Assembly (NCBI GenBank): GCA_048270185.1
Contig: JBLWTJ010000005.1
Location: forward strand, 1-64,000
Reading direction: 5' to 3'
Origin: Bacteriovoracaceae bacterium
GTDB taxonomy: Bacteria; Bdellovibrionota; Bacteriovoracia; Bacteriovoracales; Bacteriovoracaceae
DNA length: 64,000 nucleotides
Position numbers and translations under genes: made by a program. Below are positions 18,456 to 27,804 of this stretch, in pieces. Under the pieces are notes generated by a model. The model ran no database searches and was not told where the DNA came from. It worked only from the letters and a program-made list of their open reading frames with translations. Each line of letters begins with the position of its first letter. The stretch's first letter is position 1.

Positions 18456-20171
18456 GTGGGGCTAATTACAACAAGTTTTAAATTATCTAAAACAATTAGA
18501 AATATTTCACGCTTAAGAGAAATTGCAACTGTTTTTGCTAAAAATGGCCTTGATGAATTTCTTTCACAGAATGTTTTAAATAAAATACCAAACTTTGTTT
18601 TTCCAAAGAAAAATGAAGAACTAGAGAAGGTTCCAGTTCACGAAAACTCTTGGGGTGATGTGATGGGATATCGTCTCAGGCTTTGTTTTGAAGAACTGGG
18701 GCCGGCATTTGTTAAGTTTGGTCAATTACTTAGTACACGTGAAGATATTTTTGATGAAGATTTCATTAATCATATGAAAGTTCTAAGGGATCAAGTTAGT
18801 CCTCTCCCTTTCTCTAAAATAAAAGATAATGTTGAAGAATCTCTCGGACAATCAGTTGATGAAGTTTTTGAATTTATTGATGACAAACCAATTGGGACAG
18901 CTTCGATTGGGCTTGTGTACCGCGCTCAACTTAAGACAGGTGAAAAAGTTGTCTTAAAAGTAAAGCGTCCAGGTATTGATCGAATCATTGAAACAGATCT
19001 ATCTATTTTGATATTTCTTGCGACTCAAACAGAAAGAGCTGCAGATGATATTAAATTCTTAGGTTTCTCAAAAGTGTTAGAGGATTTCTCATACTCACTA
19101 CAGAGTGAACTAAATTTCAACGTTGAAGCATTAAACTGTGAGAAACTTAAAAAAGTAATTTCTAAATACGATGAAAATTGTATTTTTCATTTACCAAAAA
19201 TCTATAAAGACTTTTCAAGTGAAGATCTCCTGGTCATGGAACTCATTGAAGGGACTGCATTTAGTCAAAGTGAAGAAATTAAGGGATATCTTGATGAGCT
19301 CGCTCCCAAGCTAGATGAAAGTGTAAGAGTCTTTATGAGGTGCTTTTTAAATGAAGGTTTTTTTCATGCTGACCTTCATGGTGGAAACTTTTTTTACATG
19401 CCTAACGGAAAGATTGCTCTCATCGATTTTGGTCTAGTTGGTAATCTTTCAAAAAATGCACGACATAATTTCATTGCAATTATCTATGCTATTTTAACCC
19501 AAAACTTTGAAAATCTTGTTTACGAATTTCTTGACGTGGCCATTTATGAAACGGTACCAGATGTTGATAAGTTAATTATTGATATTAAGAATGCCATTGG
19601 CCCTCAAATTGGTTTGACGATTCAGCAAACAAATTTTTCTTTAATTATTAGATCGATTATTACGACGCTAAGAGAACATCATATTTTTCTTCCAAGTGAG
19701 TGGTTTGTTGTTTTTAGAGCATTTATAACACTTGATGGAGTAGGGAAATCTCTTGGATTAGATTTTGATATCTTCACTCTTTTAGAGGGTGATATTAATG
19801 GAATTATTAAAGATAGTTTTACACCAGAAGCTTTTATAGAAGATGGAATGTGGATTGGTAAAGATTTACTGAGTGCTTCTCGTATCGTACCTCGCCACCT
19901 TAAATGGTTTTTAAAAGAATTTGCAAAGAATAACTATGCTCTTAAGATTCGTCATAAAGGTATATGGAAGCCAATATCATCTCTTGCAAGTAGTGTTCGT
20001 CTTCTTTCTTTCTATATATTAGGTGGGATATTTTTCTTTATCGGAAAGAGTTTTGTTGTTCCAGACCTATTGATTAATAAACCTCTTCTTGAACTACCTT
20101 CCGTGACGCTTGTTTTCTGGTGTGCTTCAATGGCCGCATTTGGCTATGGAACACTAAAGCATCGCACTTAG
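18456..20171 (+). CDS. ABC1/UbiB (AarF) family atypical kinase
   Basis: ELGPAFVKFGQLLSTR, TASIG, VLKVKRP, FHADLHGGN, IDFGLVG. Confidence 0.93.
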   Translation: MGLITTSFKLSKTIRNISRLREIATVFAKNGLDEFLSQNVLNKIPNFVFPKKNEELEKVPVHENSWGDVMGYRLRLCFEELGPAFVKFGQLLSTREDIFDEDFINHMKVLRDQVSPLPFSKIKDNVEESLGQSVDEVFEFIDDKPIGTASIGLVYRAQLKTGEKVVLKVKRPGIDRIIETDLSILIFLATQTERAADDIKFLGFSKVLEDFSYSLQSELNFNVEALNCEKLKKVISKYDENCIFHLPKIYKDFSSEDLLVMELIEGTAFSQSEEIKGYLDELAPKLDESVRVFMRCFLNEGFFHADLHGGNFFYMPNGKIALIDFGLVGNLSKNARHNFIAIIYAILTQNFENLVYEFLDVAIYETVPDVDKLIIDIKNAIGPQIGLTIQQTNFSLIIRSIITTLREHHIFLPSEWFVVFRAFITLDGVGKSLGLDFDIFTLLEGDINGIIKDSFTPEAFIEDGMWIGKDLLSASRIVPRHLKWFLKEFAKNNYALKIRHKGIWKPISSLASSVRLLSFYILGGIFFFIGKSFVVPDLLINKPLLELPSVTLVFWCASMAAFGYGTLKHRT

Positions 20172-21169
20172 ATACTATCGGCTCCTGATATATAAATTGG
20201 GGGTATGAGATCAAAGAGTTCTTGTGCTTGGTTAGGTCCAAATAGAATAGGAAGAATCTCATCTTGATCGATTTGAAATACTTCCTCATCAATCTTTAAT
20301 ATAAACTCTTGGTTGAATTCGATTAAAAGTTTATTCTTTGAAATTTTGTTAATAAACTCGCAAAATAACTTTTGATTTAAAACTTTTCCAAAAGCAAGAT
20401 GAATATAGAAGCTTTCGTCATCATAAAGATAAGGACTTAGAACTTGAAGTTGATGAAATTTAGAAAGTTCTTTTTCATTATCTGTAAAAGATATCTCATG
20501 AATGATTCCTTTTAAGTCCTGTCCCTTTTCGAAGAAGAGGTAATCTGTCACTTTATTAGAATCTTTCTTAATATATAAATGATTTGAAGTTATCTTTGCA
20601 ATTTCGTCCCAATCATTAGTATCTCGTTTAACCTTGATGCTATCTTTATAAGATTTATTATATAAAGGTGCGAGTAACTTATAATCAATTTCATTTGCTT
20701 TTGTATATTGATTCGAGGTTATTCGATCTTGTGTTACAACTTCAGTACCTAAAACAGCTGTCAATCCAAATGGTCTGAATCCAAACTTTTGATAGAGCTT
20801 GTCGTGGTCACTCCATAAGATAACTAATGCACATTTATCTTGATAGATGGCCATCGTATGTTCATAAAGTTTTTTAAAATGCCCCTGACCTTGATATTCT
20901 TTCTTCGTAACAATTCCACCAATAAAGATCGTATCTACCTCGCTACCTTTGTAGTCTAGTGTAACAGGCCTGACACCGATATGTGCTATGACTTCATTGT
21001 TGTCACTTAATAGAAGATGGCAATTCTTTAGATTATCTTCTTTGACCAGTTGATAGAAGTCGATATTAAATGATTGATCGCTGTCATAGTGAAATGCAGA
21101 TTCAATCTCTTTAATAATCTCGTCTTTATATTGTGAATATTGGGCCAATGTCGAAAATTTCATGTCCAT
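20168..21169 (-). CDS. GNAT family acetyltransferase (Eis-like)
   Basis: IGGIVTKKEYQGQGH, LYQKFGF; true start may be the second Met at 21163. Confidence 0.85.
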   Translation of the reverse strand: MDMKFSTLAQYSQYKDEIIKEIESAFHYDSDQSFNIDFYQLVKEDNLKNCHLLLSDNNEVIAHIGVRPVTLDYKGSEVDTIFIGGIVTKKEYQGQGHFKKLYEHTMAIYQDKCALVILWSDHDKLYQKFGFRPFGLTAVLGTEVVTQDRITSNQYTKANEIDYKLLAPLYNKSYKDSIKVKRDTNDWDEIAKITSNHLYIKKDSNKVTDYLFFEKGQDLKGIIHEISFTDNEKELSKFHQLQVLSPYLYDDESFYIHLAFGKVLNQKLFCEFINKISKNKLLIEFNQEFILKIDEEVFQIDQDEILPILFGPNQAQELFDLIPPIYISGADSI

Positions 21170-21295
21170 TTATTTTACATTTTTTTTTATGTTACGACCT
21201 GATGAGTTTAGTCGACAATTCAAGAAGCCTTTAAATACTGACTTTCTTACTGAACTAGGCAAAAAAATCCGTATAAGAAATAGACAAGATTTTTC

Positions 21296-21322
21296 TAAAG
21301 AGATTAATTTTTAGAGCGATAA
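21296..21322 (+). promoter_or_regulatory. sigma28/FliA promoter of flagellin
   Basis: TAAAGAGA-N11-AGCGATAA upstream of a flagellin gene. Confidence 0.75.
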
Positions 21323-21331
21323 GTGGGTGTA

Positions 21332-21397
21332 TCAATTGTAACAGGACTTACAGTTGACCAGCAGGAAGGAATCTTGTTGGGACCCAATCAAGGAGGA
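21332..21397 (+). promoter_or_regulatory. Flagellin 5' leader with GGA-loop hairpins (putative CsrA sites)
   Basis: TCAATTGTAA-CAGGAC-TTACAGTTGA and CCAGCAGGA-AGGAA-TCTTGTTGG hairpins, then the AGGAGGA SD. Confidence 0.65.
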
Positions 21398-21401
21398 TAG
21401 A

Positions 21402-22250
21402 ATGGGATTACGTATCAACACAAATGTTGCTTCTCTTAATGCACAGAGGAACCTACGTGGTACACGTCTTGGTATGCAACAATCACTAGAAAAACTTTCA
21501 TCAGGTCAGAGAATTAACAGAGCAGGTGACGATGCCGCAGGTCTAGCAATCTCTGAAAACCTAAAGGCTCAAATTAGAGGTCTTGGACAAGCAGAAAGAA
21601 ACGCCGAAGATGGTATCTCTCTTGTTCAAATCGCTGAAGGTGCTTTAGGTGAAGTATCAAATATCTTAATCAGACTTAGAGAACTATCAGTACAAGCAGC
21701 TTCGGACACTATTGGAGCAACTGAAAGAAAGTTCCTAAACGTCGAATTCGAACAATTAACTTCAGAAGTTGATCGTATCGCTAACTCAACTGAGTTCAAC
21801 AGAGTACCACTACTAAATGGTACAGGTGCAGTATTTGATATCCAAATCGGTACGCGAAATGACCCTATATCAGACCGTTTAACGTTTGACGCGTCATCAG
21901 CGGACGTAAATGTCGCAGCACTTGGACTTAACTTAGCATCAGTTGCTGATAAGATTTCTGCACAGAACTCATTATCATCAATTGACCAGGCGATTATCTC
22001 AGTATCTGGAATTAGAGCAGACTTTGGTGCCCTTCAAAATAGACTTCAATCAACGGTAAATAATATTGCAACGTCGATTGAAAACTTAAGTGCAGCAAAC
22101 TCTCGTGTAAGAGACACTGATGTAGCAGCAGAAACTGCAAACTTAACAAAACAAAACATTCTAATGACTGCCGGTACTTCGGTTCTTGCTCAGGCAAACA
22201 CTAGTACAAATAGTGCACTAAGCTTAATCCAGGCAGCTTCTCAAGGGTAA
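21402..22250 (+). CDS. fliC: Flagellin
   Basis: MGLRINTN, LSSGQRINRAGDDAAGLAIS, GALQNRL, SRVRDTD; start at 21402 after AGGAGG. Confidence 0.98.
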   Translation: MGLRINTNVASLNAQRNLRGTRLGMQQSLEKLSSGQRINRAGDDAAGLAISENLKAQIRGLGQAERNAEDGISLVQIAEGALGEVSNILIRLRELSVQAASDTIGATERKFLNVEFEQLTSEVDRIANSTEFNRVPLLNGTGAVFDIQIGTRNDPISDRLTFDASSADVNVAALGLNLASVADKISAQNSLSSIDQAIISVSGIRADFGALQNRLQSTVNNIATSIENLSAANSRVRDTDVAAETANLTKQNILMTAGTSVLAQANTSTNSALSLIQAASQG

Positions 22251-22497
22251 TAACCCTTGAAAGCGCCGGATGGCATTAGTACTGAATAAGAATTTATAAG
22301 TAACGGAGTCAATATATGCAAACTACAGGATAACTACTGTAAGCAATTAGAGACTGCAACCTTTGATTGCTTGAATATATATAGAGGAATGATTGGTTTA
22401 TCCGTAGAAGCATTATTTAATTATTAACGAATTTATTGAGCTGGATGCTCAATTATCAAACAGGAGGTTTATATGATGATTAAAGGAGACTAATCAT
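22251..22497 (+). ncRNA. Candidate structured RNA or long leader between the flagellin genes
   Basis: Seven GGA motifs, several in hairpin loops, plus a multi-stem element at 22312-22380 whose G-U pairs favour the + strand. Confidence 0.45.
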
Positions 22498-23329
22498 GGG
22501 TATCAGAATTAATACAAATGTGGCATCTATCGCAGCACAAAGAGCAATGTCACTTACAAATAAAAGAGTTGGGGACAACTTAAGAAAACTATCTTCAGGT
22601 GAACGTATTACAAGAGCCGGAGATGACGCCGCTGGACTGGCAATTAGTGAAAACCTAAAAGCACAGATCAGAGGTATGAGGCAAGCAAAGAGAAACGCAA
22701 ACGATGCTATCTCACTTGTCCAAGTAGCAGAAGGTGGATTAAATGAAGTATCAAATATCATCATTCGTCTTAGAGAGCTTGCAGTTCAAACTGCCTCTGA
22801 CACGATCGGTGATACTGAAAGATCATTTTCAGACATCGAATTCCAACAGCTTAAAGATGAAATCGACAGAATTGCTAAGTCGACTAACTTTAACGGAGTT
22901 CAACTACTGGACGGAACAGGTGGCAGACTGGAGTTTCAAGTTGGGGTTAACAATGATCCAATGCTTGATCGACTTACGTACGATGCAGCAGGATCAGATT
23001 CGTCAATCGCAGCTCTGGGACTTGCCTCAGACAGCGTTGCAACTAAAGAAGGTTCGCAAGCAGTTCTTAAGAAACTTGACGATGCGTTGGTCGCAGTCAA
23101 CGGTTATCGTGCCAATATGGGTGCGCTACAGAACAGACTTACATCAACAGTCAATAACTTGGGAATCAGCGATGAAAACTTAAGTGCGGCGAAGTCGCGA
23201 GTAAGAGATGTTGATGTGGCAAAAGAGACTGCCGATTTAACTAGAAACAACATCCTTATTCAAGCTGGGGCGTCTGTTCTTGGACAGGCAAACCAAGTGC
23301 CAAATGTGGCATTAAAACTAATCGGATAA
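22496..23329 (+). CDS. fliC: Flagellin (second paralog)
   Basis: MGIRINTN, LSSGERITRAGDDAAGLAIS, GALQNRL, SRVRDVD. Confidence 0.98.
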   Translation: MGIRINTNVASIAAQRAMSLTNKRVGDNLRKLSSGERITRAGDDAAGLAISENLKAQIRGMRQAKRNANDAISLVQVAEGGLNEVSNIIIRLRELAVQTASDTIGDTERSFSDIEFQQLKDEIDRIAKSTNFNGVQLLDGTGGRLEFQVGVNNDPMLDRLTYDAAGSDSSIAALGLASDSVATKEGSQAVLKKLDDALVAVNGYRANMGALQNRLTSTVNNLGISDENLSAAKSRVRDVDVAKETADLTRNNILIQAGASVLGQANQVPNVALKLIG

Positions 23330-23340
23330 ATCAATCATAT

Positions 23341-23390
23341 AGGCGACTATGGTCCTGAATAGGACATAGTTGCCTCCTCTTATTTTCTTC
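23341..23390 (+). terminator. Hairpin/terminator after the second flagellin
   Basis: AGGCGACTAT-G-GTCCT/AGGAC-ATAGTTGCCT stem followed by a pyrimidine-rich run. Confidence 0.65.
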
Positions 23391-23424
23391 TCTCACAATT
23401 ACGAAAAAGCCTTATAATACTACT

Positions 23425-24405
23425 ATGTCAGAAAATAGAACAAAGACTATTTTGATTTATGGTATTTCATCTTTTGTGGGATCTTCTCTCGCAAACTTTT
23501 TTAAGAAGGACTATAAAGTAGTAGGTACATACCATAAGAACCCAGTCTCGATCAGCGGTGTTACCGTTCTTCCTTGTGACATTAATAATAAGCAAGAAAT
23601 TCAGCTAATCATGTATACATTCAAGCCTGATATAACAATCTATGCTGTTGGACTAACATCAATAGTTGATTGTGCTCTTAAAGAAAGAACGGCCGATGCT
23701 CTAAATACTTCTGGCCTAATTTCTGTTGCCGATATTTGTCAGCGATATAAGTCTCAAATTATTTACTTATCTTCAAATTTTGTTTTCTCAGGAGATGCTA
23801 GTGAGTACTATGAGTTGGATATTCCAGATGCTGCTTCAATTTATGGGAAAACCCAGGCTGCAGCTGAATTCTATATTCAAAAATCATCTCTAAATTACTT
23901 AGTCTTTCGAGTTTGTCGCCTCTATGGCCGTGGTGGTTCACATGTTAAGAGAAATCTCTTTGAAAAAATACAGGCCAAGCTTTATGCCAGAGAAGATTTT
24001 GAACTTGATGACTATATTAAGACAGGCTTTCTCGATGTTGATTACTTGGGAATGGTTATCAAAATCTGTATTGAAAGAGGACTCAAGAATCGACTTCTTC
24101 AAATTAGCTCACAAGATTTTATGTCTTTGTATCAATTTGGAAAAATATATTGTGAAAAGTTTCAAGAACCACATAAGCTCATTTCTGCTGGGAAGTGGTC
24201 ATTTCCTATTATGTCGAGTGCAAAAATAGGGGATAGTACCGGTGGGGTACTGAATTTTAATATGAATATATCAAATGCTGAAGGATATCTTCATTTAAGG
24301 TTACCGACAGTGGAAGAATCGCTTGAGTACTCGGCCCTAAAGATGCGTGGACATGGAGACTCGAAGGATTCCCATGAATCAAAAGATAGTATTAACTATA
24401 TCTAA
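23425..24405 (+). CDS. RmlD-like NAD(P)-dependent sugar-nucleotide reductase (SDR), degenerate motifs
   Basis: ILIYGISSFVG, YLSSNFVFSG, YGKTQ, RVCRLYG. Confidence 0.8.
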   Translation: MSENRTKTILIYGISSFVGSSLANFFKKDYKVVGTYHKNPVSISGVTVLPCDINNKQEIQLIMYTFKPDITIYAVGLTSIVDCALKERTADALNTSGLISVADICQRYKSQIIYLSSNFVFSGDASEYYELDIPDAASIYGKTQAAAEFYIQKSSLNYLVFRVCRLYGRGGSHVKRNLFEKIQAKLYAREDFELDDYIKTGFLDVDYLGMVIKICIERGLKNRLLQISSQDFMSLYQFGKIYCEKFQEPHKLISAGKWSFPIMSSAKIGDSTGGVLNFNMNISNAEGYLHLRLPTVEESLEYSALKMRGHGDSKDSHESKDSINYI

Positions 24406-24414
24406 GGAACTTTC

Positions 24415-24945
24415 TTATCGAGCGGATAATTTAATGAATTCGCTAAGGTAATGCCTCACAAGAGCATCACAATCAACTTCTTCATTTTCAAAGCGCCATG
24501 TAATCTGATTGAATGGACCAATATGGGCACGGATCTCATGTAATTGAGCTGCTCCATGACTTTGACCATCATTAACTCTAGCGCTAAAAATATCTTTTCC
24601 ATTGGCAAGGAAGCCAACTGAAATGAGATCATCGGCCTTTCTCGCGAAAATTAATCGCAGAGAATTTCGATAGACCATAAAATCATTAATTGTATTAGCT
24701 ATTTTAAAGATTTTAATCGTGTTATTTTCACCACGATACTCATTGAATTTGTGGACATAGATTTCAAAAAGATCTCTTAACTTATTCATAAAGTTAATTG
24801 ATGATTCTTCGAGTTGGAACGCTGGGTTAAGGTGATCGTTAAAACTGACGACCCCACTTTCGTCCATATTGATCTCTTCGAGAGCAAGATTTTCGATCCA
24901 TTTCGTTGATACTTCCGTGTTTCTTTCGATTTTTGCAATATCCAT
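24415..24945 (-). CDS. Hypothetical protein
   Basis: 176-aa ORF with normal composition; -10 box just upstream of the ATG. Confidence 0.8.
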   Translation of the reverse strand: MDIAKIERNTEVSTKWIENLALEEINMDESGVVSFNDHLNPAFQLEESSINFMNKLRDLFEIYVHKFNEYRGENNTIKIFKIANTINDFMVYRNSLRLIFARKADDLISVGFLANGKDIFSARVNDGQSHGAAQLHEIRAHIGPFNQITWRFENEEVDCDALVRHYLSEFIKLSAR

Positions 24946-25016
24946 AACTTAAATTCTACTAGATTTTAGCTATTTGAAAAGGAATTTTTGGAAAGCGTTA
25001 TATTTGAGGGCCTTTA

Positions 25017-25187
25017 GAGAGAGCTAGGTGAGCAGAAAGTCTCCGCCCGTCGTACGACAGGTGGATGTAGTGATAATCACTTTAGGCTTCCCACTAATTT
25101 CATGGGCCTGCTCACCGTGACCAGTGACCACTTCCTTTCTAAGCTTTGTAGGGCGAAACAACTTTATAGGTGCCCACCTAACTCACC
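25017..25187 (-). ncRNA. ssrS: 6S RNA
   Basis: About 170-nt rod: 14-bp closing stem GAGTTAGGTGGGCA/TGCTCACCTAGCTC (G-U pairs only on the minus strand), further stems, central bubble, apical hairpin; TATAAT at 25193-25198. Confidence 0.8.
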
Positions 25188-25335
25188 CTTAAATTATACC
25201 CGATTTTGGCAAACGACAACAATAATAGGCATTATATCTTTGACTTGACGACTGTATTTTCAGCTGTTTATGAACATATTTAGCAATATTTTTGCTTCAG
25301 TTGCGCGAGGTGTTAAAATATTCTTAAGATAAAGT

Positions 25336-25363
25336 TAAAGCTTTTATGAAAGAAAGCCGAAAC
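25336..25363 (+). promoter_or_regulatory. Putative sigma28/FliA promoter of the Flp pilin
   Basis: TAAAGCTT-N12-GCCGAAAC. Confidence 0.55.
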
Positions 25364-25424
25364 ATTCTAATAGATATTGTGTTTTGGGCCCTACTTGGGG
25401 TTTTGTGAGATAAGGAGTACAAAA

Positions 25425-25613
25425 ATGAAAACGTTACTAGCGTTTCTAAGAGATGAAGAAGGTCAGACATCAACTGAGTATATTCTACTCGTTGCCGTTG
25501 CGGCCATGCTGGTTATGAAATTCAGAAAGACTGCTTCAGATGGGATTGAAGAGCTAACACAAGGTGTATTTGGTAATACAAGTAACCTGCTTAAAGATCT
25601 TCAAGGTAACTAA
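25425..25613 (+). CDS. flp: Flp family type IVb major pilin
   Basis: FLRDEEG|QTSTEYILL class III leader with E+5/Y+6; SD AAGGAG. Confidence 0.92.
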   Translation: MKTLLAFLRDEEGQTSTEYILLVAVAAMLVMKFRKTASDGIEELTQGVFGNTSNLLKDLQGN

Positions 25614-25620
25614 AATAGCA

Positions 25621-25657
25621 CCTCTGCTTTTTTATTCTTATTGATAAAGAGCAGAGG
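25621..25657 (+). terminator. Stem-loop after flp (terminator or mRNA stabiliser)
   Basis: CCTCTGCTTTTTA/TAAAGAGCAGAGG stem; no clear T tract. Confidence 0.5.
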
Positions 25658-25708
25658 AAAATCTTTCTCTTTCAATACCTTTCGCATACTTAATGTAGAA
25701 TATTAAGT

Positions 25709-25921
25709 ATGTTTCGTCGTAATCAACGCGGTCAAGCCGTCATTGAATATATCTTCTTACTAGCATTCTTTGCTGGTGTGTCTATTACTATGGCCAAAGG
25801 ACTAGGTGCCTATACGACAGGCTTCTTTAAAAGCTTCGCCTACCATTTATCGCAAGAGCTATCGACTGGATCATGTCCAAGAGGCTGCTGGCATTCTGGC
25901 TATATCAACGGATACGAATAG
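25709..25921 (+). CDS. Minor pilin-like protein
   Basis: RNQRG|QAVIEYIFLL class III leader; C-terminal CxxxC. Confidence 0.85.
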   Translation: MFRRNQRGQAVIEYIFLLAFFAGVSITMAKGLGAYTTGFFKSFAYHLSQELSTGSCPRGCWHSGYINGYE

Positions 25922-25923
25922 AT

Positions 25924-26430
25924 ATGCCAATAACAGTTTTTGTCTTCATTTTTGTTCAGCTTATTTATGTTTCGTATATTGATATTCAATTAAGAAAAAT
26001 TGCAAATGCGTGGTCGATAGGGAATCTATTCTTATACCTAGTATTGCTTTTCTTTTTTCCTACTCACTATGCATTTAATTTAGAGACATTCTTATTTCCC
26101 ATTGGGATTTTTGGTGCAGGTTTTTTGTTATTTATTTTAAAAATTATGGGAGGAGGGGATTCAAAGTATTTAGCAAGTTTATTTCTTTTGATTCCTGTTC
26201 GTTTTCAAGAAGAAGCTTTCATCTCTCTATCTGTTGTAACAGTTATTGTAGGGCTTTCTGTATTCATTACTAATATTCTCAAGAATTGGGATTTTATCGT
26301 TCAAGCATTTAAAGATGGTAATGTCTTACAAATAAAGAAAATTTTCGGGAAGAAATTTGCGTTTGCTCCTGTTATACTTATTTCATGGATTTTTCTAGGA
26401 TGGAAAATAAAAAAATATATTTTCATTTAA
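25924..26430 (+). CDS. cpaA: A24 prepilin peptidase (TadV/CpaA)
   Basis: YIDIQLRKIAN, MGGGDSKY, FAFAPVI; start moved to MPITVF. Confidence 0.9.
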   Translation: MPITVFVFIFVQLIYVSYIDIQLRKIANAWSIGNLFLYLVLLFFFPTHYAFNLETFLFPIGIFGAGFLLFILKIMGGGDSKYLASLFLLIPVRFQEEAFISLSVVTVIVGLSVFITNILKNWDFIVQAFKDGNVLQIKKIFGKKFAFAPVILISWIFLGWKIKKYIFI

Positions 26431-26708
26431 ATAATCGCGGTCAATCAACTGTTGAGTATATCTTATTACTCGTAGTGATTGCTTCCCTAGTAATGGTTGT
26501 TTTCAAAAGTAATGCCTTTAATAATATGGTGGGGCAAGGAATGTGGGGAACACTTGCTGGCTCAATGGAATATACAGCTCGCTACGGTGAAAATGGTAGT
26601 GAGGACACATTTGGAGCTAATTATAATACTCCAACACATCCACTCTATTACAATCAAAATATAAGTCGCTCTCGTTTTTTCTCACCTGTTGAGGTCTATG
26701 ATGAATAA
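26400..26708 (+). CDS. Minor pilin-like protein
   Basis: NNRG|QSTVEYILLL class III leader. Confidence 0.82.
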   Translation: MENKKIYFHLNNRGQSTVEYILLLVVIASLVMVVFKSNAFNNMVGQGMWGTLAGSMEYTARYGENGSEDTFGANYNTPTHPLYYNQNISRSRFFSPVEVYDE

Positions 26709-27210
26709 TCAAAAAGGGCAGTCGACAATTGAATTCTTATCTACTTTTACCTTTGTTATTGCATTTTTCTTTGTTGTTGTGAAGATATCAATAAATTATA
26801 CAAATACATACTTACTACAGTATGCAAATTACATGGCATCGAGAGCTTATCTTGTTGCCGATAATAAAATTCCTAATGACTCCCTTGCAAGACAAAGGGC
26901 CACTCAAATTTTTGAAGCATATAATGTTGTAAATTGTGATCCAGAATGTCAGATAAAATTTAATAATAAAAATGTAACACCCTGGTTCCTTACTGGTACA
27001 TATCTTGATTTCAAAGCACCGTTCTCTTTCATGAAGACAATGACAGGGGATATCCAAATGAATTTTAGAATTGAATCATTTCTTGGAAAAGAGCCGACCA
27101 TAAGAGAGTGCCTTGCTCAGATATGTCGAGCATTTGCTGAAGTTCTTACTGAAGACGGCGCAGGTAATTGTTCAAATACTGAATCGACGATTTATGATAA
27201 CGGGTGCTAA
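26698..27210 (+). CDS. TadE-like pseudopilin
   Basis: NQKG|QSTIEF, hydrophobic helix, YANYMASR, Cys-rich C-terminus. Confidence 0.85.
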   Translation: MMNNQKGQSTIEFLSTFTFVIAFFFVVVKISINYTNTYLLQYANYMASRAYLVADNKIPNDSLARQRATQIFEAYNVVNCDPECQIKFNNKNVTPWFLTGTYLDFKAPFSFMKTMTGDIQMNFRIESFLGKEPTIRECLAQICRAFAEVLTEDGAGNCSNTESTIYDNGC

Positions 27211-27223
27211 TTTGAAAAAAAGA

Positions 27224-27721
27224 ATGAAAAAAAAGAAATTATTGGATGAGAAAGGTCAGGCATTATTTGAGGCCATGATCTTTATTCCCATTTTTCTCTA
27301 TCTCGTTGTTATGCTAATAAATATTGGAAACTCAATTAACGTTGCAATAAATCAAAATCAAGCAACACGGGCCTATACTTACTTTGTCATGAAGGGGAAT
27401 TCAGATGGCCTGGGACGCTCCGATCTTGCCGCTCTATCGGGGACTTTTACTGAGGTTGGTTCATTTATCATTGGATGGAGTCAAGACTACGTTAATAATA
27501 CCAACCCAATTGCATCAAGTTTTCACATTCCAACACTTCCGTGGGCAGAAGCAGAGGATGAAAACTGTAAAGATAAGAGCAATGCTCAGGACACAAATTG
27601 TATTAAAGTGTTCACTCTTTATGGAGTTTGTGGTGAATCCTTTGTTAACTCTGGAAGCGGGTTATTTCGCACACTTGACCCCACAAGTGGTTCAATGACT
27701 CCAGGCTGTTCCTATAAGTAG
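27224..27721 (+). CDS. TadE/F-like pseudopilin
   Basis: DEKG|QALFEAMIF; four Cys; start could instead be the TTG at 27212. Confidence 0.82.
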   Translation: MKKKKLLDEKGQALFEAMIFIPIFLYLVVMLINIGNSINVAINQNQATRAYTYFVMKGNSDGLGRSDLAALSGTFTEVGSFIIGWSQDYVNNTNPIASSFHIPTLPWAEAEDENCKDKSNAQDTNCIKVFTLYGVCGESFVNSGSGLFRTLDPTSGSMTPGCSYK

Positions 27722-27804
27722 CCAAAAATGCCTCTCACTAACTAAATGCTTGTTTTTTGATAAAATATTAATTGAATATTTAACGCTATAAAACAGGATG
27801 TTTT

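Noticed and set aside
21189..21220. CTGATGAG resembling a hammerhead ribozyme core
   Set aside because: No stem II followed by GAAA, and no matching stems I/III.
22312..22380. c-di-GMP-I (GEMM) riboswitch
   Set aside because: GCAAAC is present, but the GNRA tetraloop, GACGCAAAG junction and receptor are missing; kept only as an unknown structured RNA.
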